Assembly (NCBI RefSeq): GCF_964275005.1
Contig: NC_092698.1
Span: forward strand, 24,353,037 to 24,417,036
DNA: 64,000 bases
Reading direction: 5' to 3'
DNA from: Diadema setosum
Taxonomy: Eukaryota
Shown here: positions 13,000 to 27,461 of the stretch, one piece after another
How the letters are laid out: the number at the start of each line of letters is the position of its first letter
Position numbering within the stretch: the stretch's first letter is position 1
Made by a program: the position numbers and the translations under genes
Notes under the pieces: generated by a model
The model's database searches: none
What the model saw: only the letters and a program-made list of their open reading frames with translations
What the model was told of the DNA's origin: nothing

Positions 13000-15900
13000 T
13001 TGATTCGAAGTTCATCTCAATCAACCGTTAAAAATGACAAAAAGTGCACTTCTAATGCCTATGCGAATATTACGTAAAACGAGGCGACAGTAGAGTGTGG
13101 TGAGGCGACAGTAGAGTGCGGTTTGATCATATTGGTGAATTTACCGATGAACTTGAATTTTTAGCATTAATTATTTTTGGTAGAGTGACAAACAAAACCC
13201 TGGAGCCGAAACTCATGTCTTTTGATGTGATTCGATCGTTAAAAATGACAACATCTTAGTATTACGTGCTCTTCTAATGCCTATGCGTTATACACATAAA
13301 ACGAGGCGACAGTAGAGTGTGGTGAGGCGACAGTAGAGTGCGGTCTGGTCATATTGGTCAATTTACCGATGAAATTTAATTTTTAACATTCATTATTTTT
13401 AGTAGAGAGACAAACAAGGCACCTGGAGCCGAAACTCATGTCTTTTGATGTGTTTCGACCGTTAAAAATGACAACATCTTAGTATTAAGTGCTCTCCTAA
13501 TGCCTATGCGTTATACACATAAAACGAGGCGACAGTAGAGTGTGGTGAGGCGACAGTAGAGTGCGGTTCGGTCATATTGGTGAATTTACCGATGACCTTG
13601 AATTTTTAGCATTAATCATATTTAGTAGAGTGACAAACAAGGCACCTGGAGCCGAAAATCATGTCTTTTGATGTGTTTCGACCGTTAAAAATGACATCTT
13701 AGTATTAAGTGCTCTCCTAATACCTATGCGTTATACACATAAAACGAGGCGACAGTAGAGTGTGTTGAGGCGACAGTAGAGTGCGGTTCGGTCATATTGG
13801 TCAATTTACCGATGAACTTGAATTTTTAGCATTAATCATATTTAGTAGAGTGAAAAACAAGGCACCTGGAGCCGAAAATCATGTCTTTTGATGTGTTTCG
13901 ACCGTTAAAAATGACAACATCTTAGTATTAAGTGCTCTCCTAATGCCTATGCGTTATACACATAAAACGAGGCGACAGTAGAGTGTGGTGAGGCGACAGT
14001 AGAGTGCGGTTCGGTCATATTGGTGAATTTACCGATGAAATTGAATTTTTAACATTCATTATTTTTAGTAGAGTGACAAACAAGGCACCTGGAGCCGAAA
14101 ATCATGTCTTTTGATGTGTTTCGACCGTTAAAAATGACAACATCTTAGTATTAAGTGCTCTCCTAATGCCTATGCGTTATACACACAAAACGAGGCGACA
14201 GTAGAGTGTGGTGAGGCGACAGTAGAGTGCGGTCTGGTCATATTGGTCAATTTACCGATGAAATTCAATTTTTAACATTAATTATTTCTAGTATAGTGAC
14301 AAACAAAGCCCCTGGAGCCGAAACTCATGTCTTTTGATGTGATTCGACCGTTAAAAATGACAACATCTTAGTATTAAGTGCTCTTCCAATGCCTATGCGT
14401 TATACACATAAAACGAGGCGACAGTAGAGTGTGGTGAGGCGACAGTAGAGTGCGGTTCGGTCATATTGGTGAATTTACCGATGAAATTGAATTTTTAACA
14501 TTCATTATTTTTAGTAGAGTGACAAACAAGGCACCTGGAGCCGAAAATCATGTCTTTTGATGTGTTTCCACCGTTAAAAATGACAACATCTTAGTATTAA
14601 GTGCTCTCCTAATGCCTATGCGTTATACACACAAAACGAGGCGACAGTAGAGTGTGGTGAGGCGACAGTAGAGTGCGGTTTGGTCATATTGGTGAATTTA
14701 CCAATGAAATTCAATTTTTAACATTAATTATTTCTAGTATAGTGACAAACAAAGCCCCTGGAGCCGAAACTCATGTCTTTTGATGTGATTCGATCGTTAA
14801 AAATGACAACATCTTCGTATTAAGTGCTCTTCTAATGCCTATGCGTTATACACATAAAACGAGGCGACAGTAGAGTGTGGTGAGGCGACAGTAGAGTGCG
14901 GTTTGGTCATATTGGTGAATTTACCGATGAAATTGAATTTTTAACATTCATTATTTTTAGTAGAGTGACAAACAAGGCACCTGGAGCCGAAACTCATGTC
15001 TTTTGATGTGTTTCGACCGTTAAAAATGACAACATCTTAGTATTAAGTGCTCTCCTAATGCCTATGCGTTATACACATAAAACGAGGCGACAGTAGAGTG
15101 TGGTGAGGCGACAGTAGAGTGCGGTTTGGTCATATTGGTCAATTTACCGATGAACTTGAATTTTTAGCATTAATCATATTTAGTAGAGTGACAAACAAGG
15201 CACCTGGAGCCGAAAATCATGTCTTTTGATGTGTTTCCACCGTTAAAAATGACAACATCTTAGTATTAAGTGCTCTCCTAATGCCTATGCGTTATACACA
15301 CAAAACGAGGCGACAGTAGAGTGCGGTTTGGTCATATTGGTGAATTTACCAATGAAATTCAATTTTTAACATTAATTATTTCTAGTATAGTGACAAACAA
15401 AGCCCCTGGAGCCGAAACTCATGTCTTTTGATGTGATTCGACCGTTAAAAATGACAACATCTTAGTATTAAGTGCTCTTCCAATGCCTATGCGTTATACA
15501 CAATCATAAAACGAGGCGACAGTAGAGTGTGGTGAGGCGACAGTAGAGTGCGGTTTGGTCATATTGGTGAATTTACCGATGAAATTGAATTTTTAACATT
15601 CATTATTTTTAGTAGAGTGACAAACAAGGCACCTGGAGCCGAAACTCATGTCTTTTGATATGTTTCGACCGTTAAAAATGACAACATCTTAGTATTAAGT
15701 GCTCTCCTAATGCCTATGCGTTATACACATAAAACGAGGCGACAGTAGAGTGTGGTGAGGCGACAGTAGAGTGCGGTTTGGTCATATTGGTCAATTTACC
15801 GATGAACTTGAATTTTTAGCATTAATCATATTTAGTAGAGTGACAAACAAGGCACCTGGAGCCGAAAATCATGTCTTTTGATGTGTTTCCACCGTTAAAA

Positions 15901-18900
15901 ATGACAACATCTTAGTATTAAGTGCTCTCCTAATGCCTATGCGTTATACACACAAAACGAGGCGACAGTAGAGTGTGGTGAGGCGACAGTAGAGTGCGGT
16001 TTGGTCATATTGGTGAATTTACCAATGAAATTCAATTTTTAACATTAATTATTTCTAGTATAGTGACAAACAAAGCCCCTGGAGCCGAAACTCATGTCTT
16101 TTGATGTGATTCGACCGTTAAAAATGACAACATCTTAGTATTAAGTGCTCTTCCAATGCCTGTGCGTTATACACATAAAACGAGGCGACAGTAGAGTGTG
16201 GTGAGGCGACAGTAGAGTGCGGTTCGGTCATATTGGTGAATTTACCGATGAAATTGAATTTTTAACATTCATTATTTTTAGTAGAGTGACAAACAAGGCA
16301 CCTGGAGCCGAAAATCATGTCTTTTGATGTGTTTCCACCGTTAAAAATGACAACATCTTAGTATTAAGTGCTCTCCTAATGCCTATGCGTTATACACACA
16401 AAACGAGGCGACAGTAGAGTGTGGTGAGGCGACAGTAGAGTGCGGTTTGGTCATATTGGTGAATTTACCAATGAAATTCAATTTTTAACATTAATTATTT
16501 CTAGTATAGTGACAAACAAAGCCCCTGGAGCCGAAACTCATGTCTTTTGATGTGATTCGACCGTTAAAAATGACAACATCTTAGTATTAAGTGCTCATCT
16601 AATGCCTATGCGTTATACACATAAAACGAGGCGACAGTAGAGTGTGGTGAGGCGACAGTAGAGTGCGGTTTGGTCATATTGGTGAATTTACCGATGAAAT
16701 TGAATTTTTAACATTCATTATTTTTAGTAGAGTGACAAACAAGGCACCTGGAGCCGAAACTCATGTCTTTTGATGTGTTTCGACCGTTAAAAATGACAAC
16801 ATCTTAGTATAAAGTGCTCTCCTAATGCCTATGCGTTATACACATAAAACGAGGCGACAGTAGAGTGTGGTGAGGCGACAGTAGAGTGCGGTTTGGTCAT
16901 ATTGGTCAATTTACCGATGAACTTGAATTTTTAGCATTAATCATATTTAGTAGAGTGACAAACAAGGCACCTGGAGCCGAAAATCATGTCTTTTGATGTG
17001 TTTCCACCGTTAAAAATGACAACATCTTAGTATTAAGTGCTCTCCTAATGCCTATGCGTTATACACACAAAACGAGGCGACAGTAGAGTGTGGTGAGGCG
17101 ACAGTAGAGTGCGGTTTGGTCATATTGGTGAATTTACCAATGAAATTCAATTTTTAACATTAATTATTTCTAGTATAGTGACAAACAAAGCCCCTGGAGC
17201 CGAAACTCATGTCTTTTGATGTGATTCGACCGTTAAAAATGACAACATCTTAGTATTAAGTGCTCATCTAATGCCTATGCGTTATACACATAAAACGAGG
17301 AGACAGTAGAGTGTGGTGAGGCGACAGTAGAGTGCGGTTTGGTCATATTGGTGAATTTACCGATGAAATTGAATTTTTAACATTCATTATTTTTAGTAGA
17401 GTGACAAACAAGGCACCTGGAGCCGAAAATCATGTCTTTTGAAGTGTTTCGACCGTTAAAAATGACAACATCTTAGTATTAAGTGCTCTCCTAATGCCTA
17501 TGCGTTATGCACATAAAACGAGGCGACAGTAGAGTGTGGTGAGGCGACAGTAGAGTGCGGTTCGGTCATATTGGTGAATTTACCGATGAACTTGAATTTT
17601 TAGCATTAATCATATTTAGTAGAGTGACAAACAAGGCACCTGGAGCCGAAAATCATGTCTTTTGATGTGTTTCGACCGTTAAAAATGACAACATCTTAGT
17701 ATTACGTGCTCTTCTAATGCCTATGAGTTATACACATAAAACGAGGCGACAGTAGAGTGTGGTGAGGCGACAGTAGAGTGCGGTTTGGTCATATTGGTGA
17801 ATTTACCGATGAAATTGAATTTTTAACATTCATTATTTTTAGTAGAGTGACAAACAGGGCACCTGGAGCCGAAAATCATGTCTTTTGATGTGTTTCGACC
17901 GTTAAAAATGACAACATCTTAGTATTAAGTGCTCTCCTAATGCCTATGCGTTATGCACATAAAACGAGGCGACAGTAGAGTGTGGTGAGGCGACAGTAGA
18001 GTGCGGTTTGGTCATATTGGTGAATTTACCGATGAACTTGAATTTTTAGCATTAATCATATTTAGTAGAGTGACAAACAAGGCACCTGGAGCCGAAAATC
18101 ATGTCTTTTGATGTGTTTCGACCGTTAAAAATGACAACATCTTAGTATTACGTGCTCTTCTAATGCCCATGAGTTATACACATAAAACGAGGCGACAGTA
18201 GAGTGTGGTGAGGCGACAGTAGAGTGCGGTTCGGTGATATTGGTGAATTTACCGATGAACTTGAATTTTTAGCATTAATTATTTTTAGTAGAGTGACAAA
18301 CAAAAACCCTGGAGCCGAAACTCATGTCTTTTGATGTGATTCGACCGCTAAAAATGACAACATCTTAGTATTACGTGCTCTTCTAATGCCTATGCGTTAT
18401 ACACATAAAACGAGGCGACAGTAGAGTGTGGTGAGGCGACAGTAGAGTGCGGTTTGGTCATATTGGTGAATTTACCAATGAAATTCAATTTTTAGCATTA
18501 ATTATTTTTAGTAGAATGACAAACAAAGCCCCTGGAGCCGAAACTCATGTCTTTTGATGTGATTCGACCGTTAAAAATGACAACATCTTAGTATTAAGTG
18601 CTCATCTAATGCCTATGCGTTATACACATAAAACGAGGAGACAGTAGAGTGTGGTGAGGCGACAGTAGAGTGCGGTTTGGTCATATTGGTGAATTTACCG
18701 ATGAAATTGAATTTTTAACATTCATTATTTTTAGTAGAGTGACAAACAAGGCACCTGGAGCCGAAAATCATGTCTTTTGATGTGTTTCCACCGTTAAAAA
18801 TGACAACATCTTAGTATTAAGTGCTCTCCTAATGCCTATGCGTTATGCACATAAAACGAGGCGACAGTAGAGTGTGGTGAGGCGACAGTAGAGTGCGGTT

Positions 18901-19840
18901 TGGTCATATTGGTGAATTTACCGATGAACTTGAATTTTTAGCATTAATCATATTTAGTAGAGTGACAAACAAGGCACCTGGAGCCGAAAATCATGTCTTT
19001 TGATGTGTTTCGACCGTTAAAAATGACAACATCTTAGTATTACGTGCTCTTCTAATGCCTATGAGTTATACACATAAAACGAGGCGACAGTAGAGTGTGG
19101 TGAGGCGACAGTAGAGTGCGGTTCGGTCATATTGGTGAATTTACCGATGAACTTGAATTTTTAGCATTAATTATTTTTAGTAGAGTGACAAACAAAAACC
19201 CTGGAGCCGAAACTCATGTCTTTTGATGTGATTCGACCGCTAAAAATGACAACATCTTAGTATTACGTGCTCTTCTAATGCCTATGCGTTATACACATAA
19301 AACGAGGCGACAGTAGAGTGTGGTGAGGCGACAGTAGAGTGCGGTTTGGTCATATTGGTGAATTTACCAATGAAATTCAATTTTTAGCATTAATTATTTT
19401 TAGTAGAATGACAAACAAAGCCCCTGGAGCCGAAACTCATGTCTTTTGATGTGATTCGACCGTTAAAAATGACAACATCTTATAGTATTACGTGCTCTTC
19501 TATACAATGCCAATGCGTTATACACATAAAACGAGGCGACAGTATAGAGTGCGGTGAGGCGACAGTAGAGTGTGGTTTGGTCATCAGGGGCGGATCCAGG
19601 GAGGACCACAAACGGCGCACGCCCCCCCCCCCCCTTTATTTTTTGTTGAAACAAAAGAAATAAAAAGAAAATATGGGGGAGGGGTGCGTGCGCCCCCCTT
19701 CATTTTTGTAAACACGCCCCCTCTTTACGAAATTCCTGGATCCGCCTCTGGTCATATTGGTCAATTTACCAATGAACTTGAATTTTTAGCCTTAACTATT
19801 TTTTTGGTAGAGTGACAAACAAGGCACCTGGAGCTGTACC
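13000..19840 (+). repeat. Left-arm satellite array, ~222-bp monomer, about 30 copies, with 3-4-monomer higher-order repeats; interrupted by a MITE at 19563-19757
   Basis: The anchor aaaacgaggcgacag recurs at 13077, 13297, 13521, 13741, 13964..., a spacing of 220-224 bp. Each monomer has an internal 20-bp duplication gaggcgacagtagagtgyggt. Monomer variants alternate in a B-A-C or B-A-D-C pattern of about 670-890 bp. Confidence 0.95.
19563..19757. mobile_element. 195-bp hairpin MITE inserted into the innermost left-arm monomer
   Basis: It splits the monomer sequence gtttggtcat|...|ctggtcatattggtc. Termini caggggcggatccagg / cctggatccgcctctg are inverted. It has G/C homopolymer arms (ggcgcacgcccccccc ... 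gggggaggggtgcgtgcgcc). A related half copy sits at about 63437-63545. Confidence 0.7.
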
Positions 19841-21454
19841 GCCATAGGCCCTCCCGTAAAATTCATTGTTTCTCCGTGTCGTTTGTTACACCAGATTTGG
19901 TAGTAAAATATTAATATCTGAATGGTGCAAGTGATAAATGCTTCTTTGATGTTACTTTCGTGACATGGTATTTTGTAACCAAAAATTAAAAAGATAATAT
20001 TTCGTATTAGTAATGACAAGTTTATATCTAATTTAGATGTTAACAGAGATACTCAGATTGTTTTAGTTGTAGGTATATAGACATACAGGTAAAATGTTCG
20101 TCATAAATATCATCCTTTGTTGTTGTTGTTGCTGCTGTTTTTAACACCTAGTCTATAGTAAACTAGTAGTCCTCGACTAGGGGCTATTGATAATGGAAGC
20201 AGCTCAGCTCCACTTCCATCAAGCTTCCCGATTCCGATTTAGTGCTGTGCCGCCATGACCATTACGGTCGGCTCGGACCACAAAACATTTTTTGTTGGCC
20301 GGACGTGCGTTTTTGGTATATAGCCCCGTGCCACCGTTACTGTCAAGCCCTGGTTTATTAACCCATAGAAATGGGAAAAAAAATACAAAGAAAGAAAAGA
20401 ACGAAGAAAAGCAAGAATACAAAATATGTACAGCATGAGTGATTGCGTCAGAAGAGTATGCATGGAACTACCAGATAATATGCGACGACATTGATTGTGT
20501 TTGCGTGATGCAGAAAAGCACCTTATGATACGAAGATGAAAGGAGTTTTTGCTGAATAGCTCATATTATGTCTGTTCAATCATTACTCATGCCGGTTACA
20601 CTTTACAAACTCAACTGAGGAACGTCCTTAAAACACATGCAGTGTAATGAGAAGTCACAAACATAATCATTTCTTAAAGTCTGTTTTCTCTTTTATTTAC
20701 CCATTAGTTTTTCACCAAGGGATTAGCATCTGACATTCACTTCGTCTATCATCGTATAGCAATAAGGGTATTGCTTGTCTGAGAAGGAAAGACAGAAATA
20801 AAATAGCTATTGTTCGATTGTTCTCGTCCATTTTTTCGTGTGCATGTGATATCAATATGACCAGACTGTACATTTTGTTTATTATCACAGTCACACGAAT
20901 GGTCTGTCGAGATATGTTAACAAAATTAGGAGTTTGTATCATAATGTGAAAACAGACATGTCAATTTTTATCGAGATATCTCAGACAAAAGCTCATAAAA
21001 ATTACAATATAGATCTATATACAACATATAAATTATATATAATTATATTTATACAAATGTGGCAACATTGACAATATCTTTGAAAATATTTCGTGTTATG
21101 AAACGAGTGCATACTGTTGAATATCATTGAAAAGATCTTATTTTCTTTATTTCATAAAAATGGCCATACTTTACAAACTTTAGACTGATCAGATGCCGTA
21201 CTATCTTCTTTCAGCTGCATTCAAACTCTTGACGATATGGATCAGATATGACTGACAGGACAAGAAGGGATGAAAGGCTGAGAAAATAACAGCGTTGAAT
21301 GCTTCCCGCTCTTTTTTTCTTTTATAAAGAGTTTACAAATAAAAGTCATTTTCAAAGTTTTCTTCTTTAAGTAAGGTGGCTACATATAACATATAACATG
21401 TGTAGATCTTCGCAAACAGCCATCTGCCGACGAAGACTACATCTGTCCAGCATA

Positions 21455-21600
21455 CACACATAAAACGAGGCGACAGTAGAGTGCGGTTTGGTCATATTAA
21501 TCACTACCGATGAACTTGAATGTTTAGCATTAATTATTTGAGTAGAGTGACAAACAAAGCCCCTTGAGCCGAAACTTATGTCTTTTGACATGATTAAGCT
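21455..21600 (+). repeat. Solo, diverged partial satellite monomer inside the core region
   Basis: cacataaaacgaggcgacagtagagtgcggtttggtcatatt...gtgacaaacaaagccccttgagccgaaacttatgtcttttgac matches the arm monomer at about 85% identity and has only one copy of the 20-mer. Confidence 0.8.
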
Positions 21601-22182
21601 TATGTTAGTATAGAGCTCTGCAATAACATCTATGTTAACTTGTACATCTCCATCCAATCATGCAACTTTTTTTAAACTAAACAATATTTTAAGACCTCTG
21701 CAGTAATTTCTGTATGTAAACTTCTGAGAGGGAAAGGACAAGATGCGCTCACAAGAAATTTCACCGACAGTGTAAATTTGTTGGTTCACAGCTCTGCTGG
21801 GTATATAGGCAAGGTTTATTTTTATTCCCAACAGAAGAGGGCAGATCAAGACCTGTTATAGTGTCAAAGACAAATGAAAATTATACATTGTTGTATAATG
21901 GTTTTAAATACACCACCATTATAAGAAAGATATTTTCTACTTAACCTAGTATACCATTTTGCATTACACAGTATGTACTAATTTAATCATGTAAAGCACA
22001 TATAGATTCCAGGAATAGTATGCGCTATATAAGCAGCTATCATTATTATTATTAGTAGTAGCAGCATGGCTTGTTTCTTACTTTCATAGTATTACTATAT
22101 ACAGGTTTCTTTTCTTCATCTTTATATTACATTCTAAAAGTACAGTGTGCAGAGACACGCAGAGGAAAAGTTAGAAAGAGAA

Positions 22183-22232
22183 GAAGAAGAAGAAGAAGAA
22201 GAAGAAGAAGAAGAAGAAGAAGGGGGGGGGGG
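22183..22232. repeat. (GAA)16 microsatellite; a (GA)n tract follows at about 22400-22472
   Basis: Direct reading. Confidence 0.9.
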
Positions 22233-22429
22233 GATAGAATGTACATTAGCATCCTACTAACAAGTCAGCTCCCACGTACTATAGATAAACGATTAGACTA
22301 CTATCCAGAACCTTGTTGCTTATTGTGTATCATAGTAGCTCAATTCCTTGGTCACTCACTATCCTATACCGATGCAAGGAAACAGAGGGAGAGAGATGGG
22401 AGATAGGAAGAGGAAGACAGAGAGAGAGA

Positions 22430-22467
<38 letters not shown>

Positions 22468-23824
22468 GAGCAGCAAATCAAGGGCTATTAAAGTCTGAAT
22501 ACATTAAGACTACTACTTTAAACTGCTGCTGCTGCTGAAGCCGGATAGTACAAGCAGAGGAGTGCCTTATCTGAGGATCTGTTCCCCCTTTCCCTCTTTC
22601 TGGAGTGGGGGACACAGTGATTTCCTGCAATATCGACTCCAGACGCAGGTCGGCAACACGGGAGATATTGTGTGTTATACTATAGAATCAACGAATGGTG
22701 AGTAGAAGGATATATTATTCTCTACTCTCTATTAACTATCATCCTGCTCCGAAATCCCTTCAAGTTAGTGATTTGGATAGTTGCTAAAATTGCTCAGACA
22801 CAACATCTCAGCATTACTGCTCTCAATGAAGTTGTAAAGGCAAATTGCAGAGGGGCATTCTTGCCCTCTTGACACACAACTTACTGAAGTGGTAGAGAAG
22901 TTAAGACGAGAGACAAAAGCAGACAAAAGAGGGGGGACAAGGGTGGGGGTAGAGAGAAGGAAAGAAAAGGAGAGACAGTGAGAGAGAAGCAGGAAACCGA
23001 GGATGCCTTGTAAATGAGGCAACACATATAATATTAAGTCAAACAGTAACTTCCCATGTGTAAATACTCTTAACTTTGATGTTCCCACCAGTCTACATAC
23101 ACAGCCCAATCTTGTCGATTGTATAATGCATGCACTCAATAAGCCCATACTTGACAATGTTACAGCATGCACCATACCCTCACGCTTTCACCAACTCCAT
23201 CCAGCCCAAGGAGGTACTAGGCGAGCCTAGTACCTCCTTGTCCAGCCTAGCACCTCTGCATCTAGCCTTGCAACCTTTTTTTCCCTTTCCTAAACCCATA
23301 CCAGCATTAGAGCTCTGCAGTCACATCTCTGCATCAACTCCATCCAGTCTTGCACTTTTAGTATTTGCGCTCCACAGAAATGTCTCTTTGTTAGCTTGCT
23401 CCAACTTCGAGGTTTGTACCTCTTTTTTATATTAATCGAAATATATATCAACACATACATTCATACAAACATATACACACACACACATACACATATTTGC
23501 GTGTATTTCGTGCTAACCTGGGACTTACACACTGAAATGAAATTTGTGTGTGTGTGTGTGAACGAGTTTGATAATCAACCGTGGACGTTACAAGGAGGGG
23601 TGTATGCTAAATTTTGTGATATCTGAATGTGCTTTGTATGCAAAGATATTGCAATTTGAAACCATTTGTGCATGTCCAAGAATTGGGGAGTGTCCCCGGT
23701 TGTGGTGCGCATCTGTAATGTGAATGTAGGATGTCAAGTTTACATTCCCTCTGAAGGGGAAATGTATGCCCACACACATATACACACACACATTATATTT
23801 ACATATAAAAAAGTTGCATGGAAA

Positions 23825-23864
<40 letters not shown>

Positions 23865-25077
23865 GATTAAAGATTATACAGTGTCCCAGAAGAAACAAAA
23901 CCAGGTTTCGATGCAACTTTTTATTACTGAAATCATACATTTTCTTTATGAGATATATATCAATGGAAAGATAAACTTTTTCTTCTTTCATTTGATGTAC
24001 AACTTAATGTTCATTGTTTATGCATGACTGAGTTAGAACGATGAGAAGTGGTGCTACCAAATTATCATTTGCACATGCAAATGGTGACTTAAAGTTAATT
24101 TTTCAGACTTTTAACGTTACGTTTGCAAAAAACAAGGTTCATAACCCAAATATTCATATTTTCTTCTTTCATATGAGACCTTACACATCAAATATGAATG
24201 ATGCATGCTTGAGAAAAATTTGTATGCAAGCATGCTTCATTTCTACCAATTCTACAGATAGTCGAAGAAAAGCATTCAGCTCTCCCGACTTAGCATTAGA
24301 CAATGGGCTCATCTGTACCATTGAATTCACACAAAACAACTGTAGTGAGCACTACAGTGAATGTTGGTGGGGGGGGGGGGTATTTACAGAGAATGCTGTA
24401 TGAGACGGACAGGCCTTTGTTGTCATTTATTTAGAATAAGCTATGAGACATAACCAAAATCATTGAAGACTAATATCGTGAGTATACTCGGGCTGCACGC
24501 AGTCCATTGGCTATCGGAAATCAACTTTACAACAATGATACACATTTTGATGATTTTGTATCCCAAATCTATGTCACTGTTTTCATTCCTTTCTATATTT
24601 CCCTCACGTGTGGTTAGTCCTTCATTCTTGACAGGGTTTAGACGTTTAGTCGGGCAGGCATCGGGAATGTTAACTGCTCCTTTATCTATTATCTATCTAT
24701 CTGGGTAAAATGTACAGATATTTTCAAATTGAGTTTTATCGAGCAGGTGTTGATAATTTTTTTACGCATGGGATATCATATGAAAGGAAAAAGAATGGAT
24801 ATTAAAGCTATTATTTTACTTTTTTGCAAAAGATTGCTTAAAAAGTCTGAAGAAATCATTCAAAGTCGCCATTTGCTCATGCAAATGAAAATTTTATAGT
24901 ATCAATGTCTACTGTTCTTAGTCATGCATGAATTATGAACGTGTTGTGTATCAAATGAAAGAAGAGAAGTGTAGCTTTCAACCCATGTACATCTCATAGA
25001 GCAAATAATATATGATTAAAATCAGCAGAGAATTGCAATGAAACTCGGTTTCGTTTTTTCTTGGACACGCTGTACAT

Positions 25078-25078
25078 A

Positions 25079-25127
<49 letters not shown>
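25078..25127. repeat. (CA)25 microsatellite
   Basis: Direct reading. Confidence 0.95.
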
Positions 25128-25130
<3 letters not shown>

Positions 25131-27461
25131 TAATACATAAAATGGCTCATTTCAATTTGTAACCTTTGAGGAAAACATGGTATTAGATTGTACTCTAATT
25201 TCATATACATACATAGTGACCCAGAAAAGCGGTCTAAAACCGGTGTAGTTGTCAAGGACTGTTTTTGCAATGAATTGTGTCAGTCGATGAGTTAACATCT
25301 TCTGAGGAAAATGATACCGAGTGCAAATTGGGTTGAGTAGCTTTCGCACACACACATACCTACCAACATCAAAATCTAGACAATCTGAAAAAAGTTGTAT
25401 ACATGTACATGTATATTGAAAACATTTTCAACAATATGAACATTCATTGATTTACATACTTTCTAATGCAAGATACATCTGCATGTGCAACTTAAAAGAA
25501 GGCTCCTTCGTTCCATTCCAAATCTGTTCTGATTAACACATTAATATCAACCTTTACAAAATATCAACACAGAAGAGGGAAAATACAATTTTTGTCGTAG
25601 GTTCAGATGAGTTCTTTCATATGTAAAAAAAAAAAAAATGCAGAAAAAGATCAATAAGATAGCTGGCCTGATAAATTGCCACAGATCTAATGAAATAATT
25701 TGTAATATCTTTTTTCATTCCATCTCTGAATAGTGACTTGCATTTGTAATACATGTATGTCCCAAGATCCATAGATATGGAATATTAAAACAATTACACA
25801 GTTTGCCAGCATGGAAGTGAAAGCATGTATATCTTTTTGCAAGTTACAATCTGTATGATGCACATCTGTTTCATTTACATATGTATACCTATGTTTATTT
25901 TCCGTAACTTTGGCAGGTATATGCAAAGTGATCAAACACACACATTAAAATAAAGAATGCATGCCCAAAATGCATACACCCAATTCTACCAATCAGAGGT
26001 GGATTTCAAGTAGGATGATTCATTCTGTCTATAAAAAAAAAAAAAAAAAAAAAATCTAACAGTAGGCTAGCCAGTGCATTATGAATTAGGTCTTGGTCAT
26101 AATGGACTTGAGCATAATGAAAGAAACAAATATCGAAGTCATCCATATTGCTTTATGAACTGATACTGACTCCCTCAAATCTAAAAAGGAAATTAAATAT
26201 ATGTATGCATGTACATGCCAAAATTAGGATTTAGCGGTACTTCCTGATGATGGAAAAAAAAAATTACGTAAGCCAAGATCAATAAGATATGTAATGACAT
26301 CTGGGCATTGTTCCATCAAACCCATATATTAAAGAAAAACAAATAGATATCAGTTTCATTTACTTTATTTCAGTTTTGAATCTCACTTTTATGATTGGTT
26401 GGATTTAATCAAATAGGTTTAATAAGTGGCACTAATTACCAACTGCCATGAACATCATCATTTTCTTTAAAGGCCGCCTGCAAACATGAAGATAAGTAAA
26501 GAAACTATGCATGAATGAATATCACCTGTTAAATGTAATGTGTGGGAAATCTTATGCTCACACCATCAGATTATTCGTTGCAAAACGGATTAATCAGCAG
26601 TCAAGAGTGTGTGTTACACTACTCACACTAATAATGATTTTGAAAAAAAAAAATAATTACTGTATTAGAACAACATTGCATTTCACCTAAATAGATTCAC
26701 ATATTTGAACCAATGGTTAAACAAACGAGATTATAAGGAAAAAAACGGGGGTTCAATCTTGTCAGTATTAAAACTGAGAATTCTTTGCAATTTGTACAAT
26801 TATACAGGTGTTGAAAATGTTAACTCATTCATTTACATAACCTGCATAAATGATACACTTGTACTTTAGAAATTCTCCAAAGTTTCAATTTTGTTAGCAT
26901 TCTCTGAAATTGAATCAAATGTTCTGTGATTTCCAGATTTCCCAGATATGATGTACCTTTGTGGTTGTTCAATAAAACAAGTGTACAATGATCAGCCAAC
27001 ATCTTGAAACTATTAACATTTTGATCAACAACAAAACTTAATTGATATTTCTGTTTTTCTTGCTGTTATACCTTGAGGTGCATTACTAACATTTGACTAG
27101 AATGGTGTGTAAGAGTTCAGATACAATAAGTTAGTTCATTCCTTTAAGAAGTCAGGATGCTGAGATTTGGATAAAGAATCCATTCCAAGTTCCAAATCTG
27201 CACCATTTCTTTGAAGTAAGAATGGGCAATTTGTCTAACACATTAGCAAAGCACCAGTATATAGTATAAAGGTCCATTTGAACTTTGTTGACACGAGTTC
27301 ACTTACAGCAAACCCATTGGCGTCACCCGGAATTTTCAAGGGGAGGGGGTTCATTCATAAGGAAAACTGACCTTTCCCTGCAGCCAGCACCGAGAAACGC
27401 AAAAAAAGGGGGTGCTTACCAGCCACCAGCGGAAGCTGACAAGCAAAAAATAAGAAATAGA

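Noticed and set aside
22071-22498. ORFs with poly-Arg and poly-Glu/Arg runs
   Set aside because: Translations of the (GAA)16 and (GA)n microsatellites.
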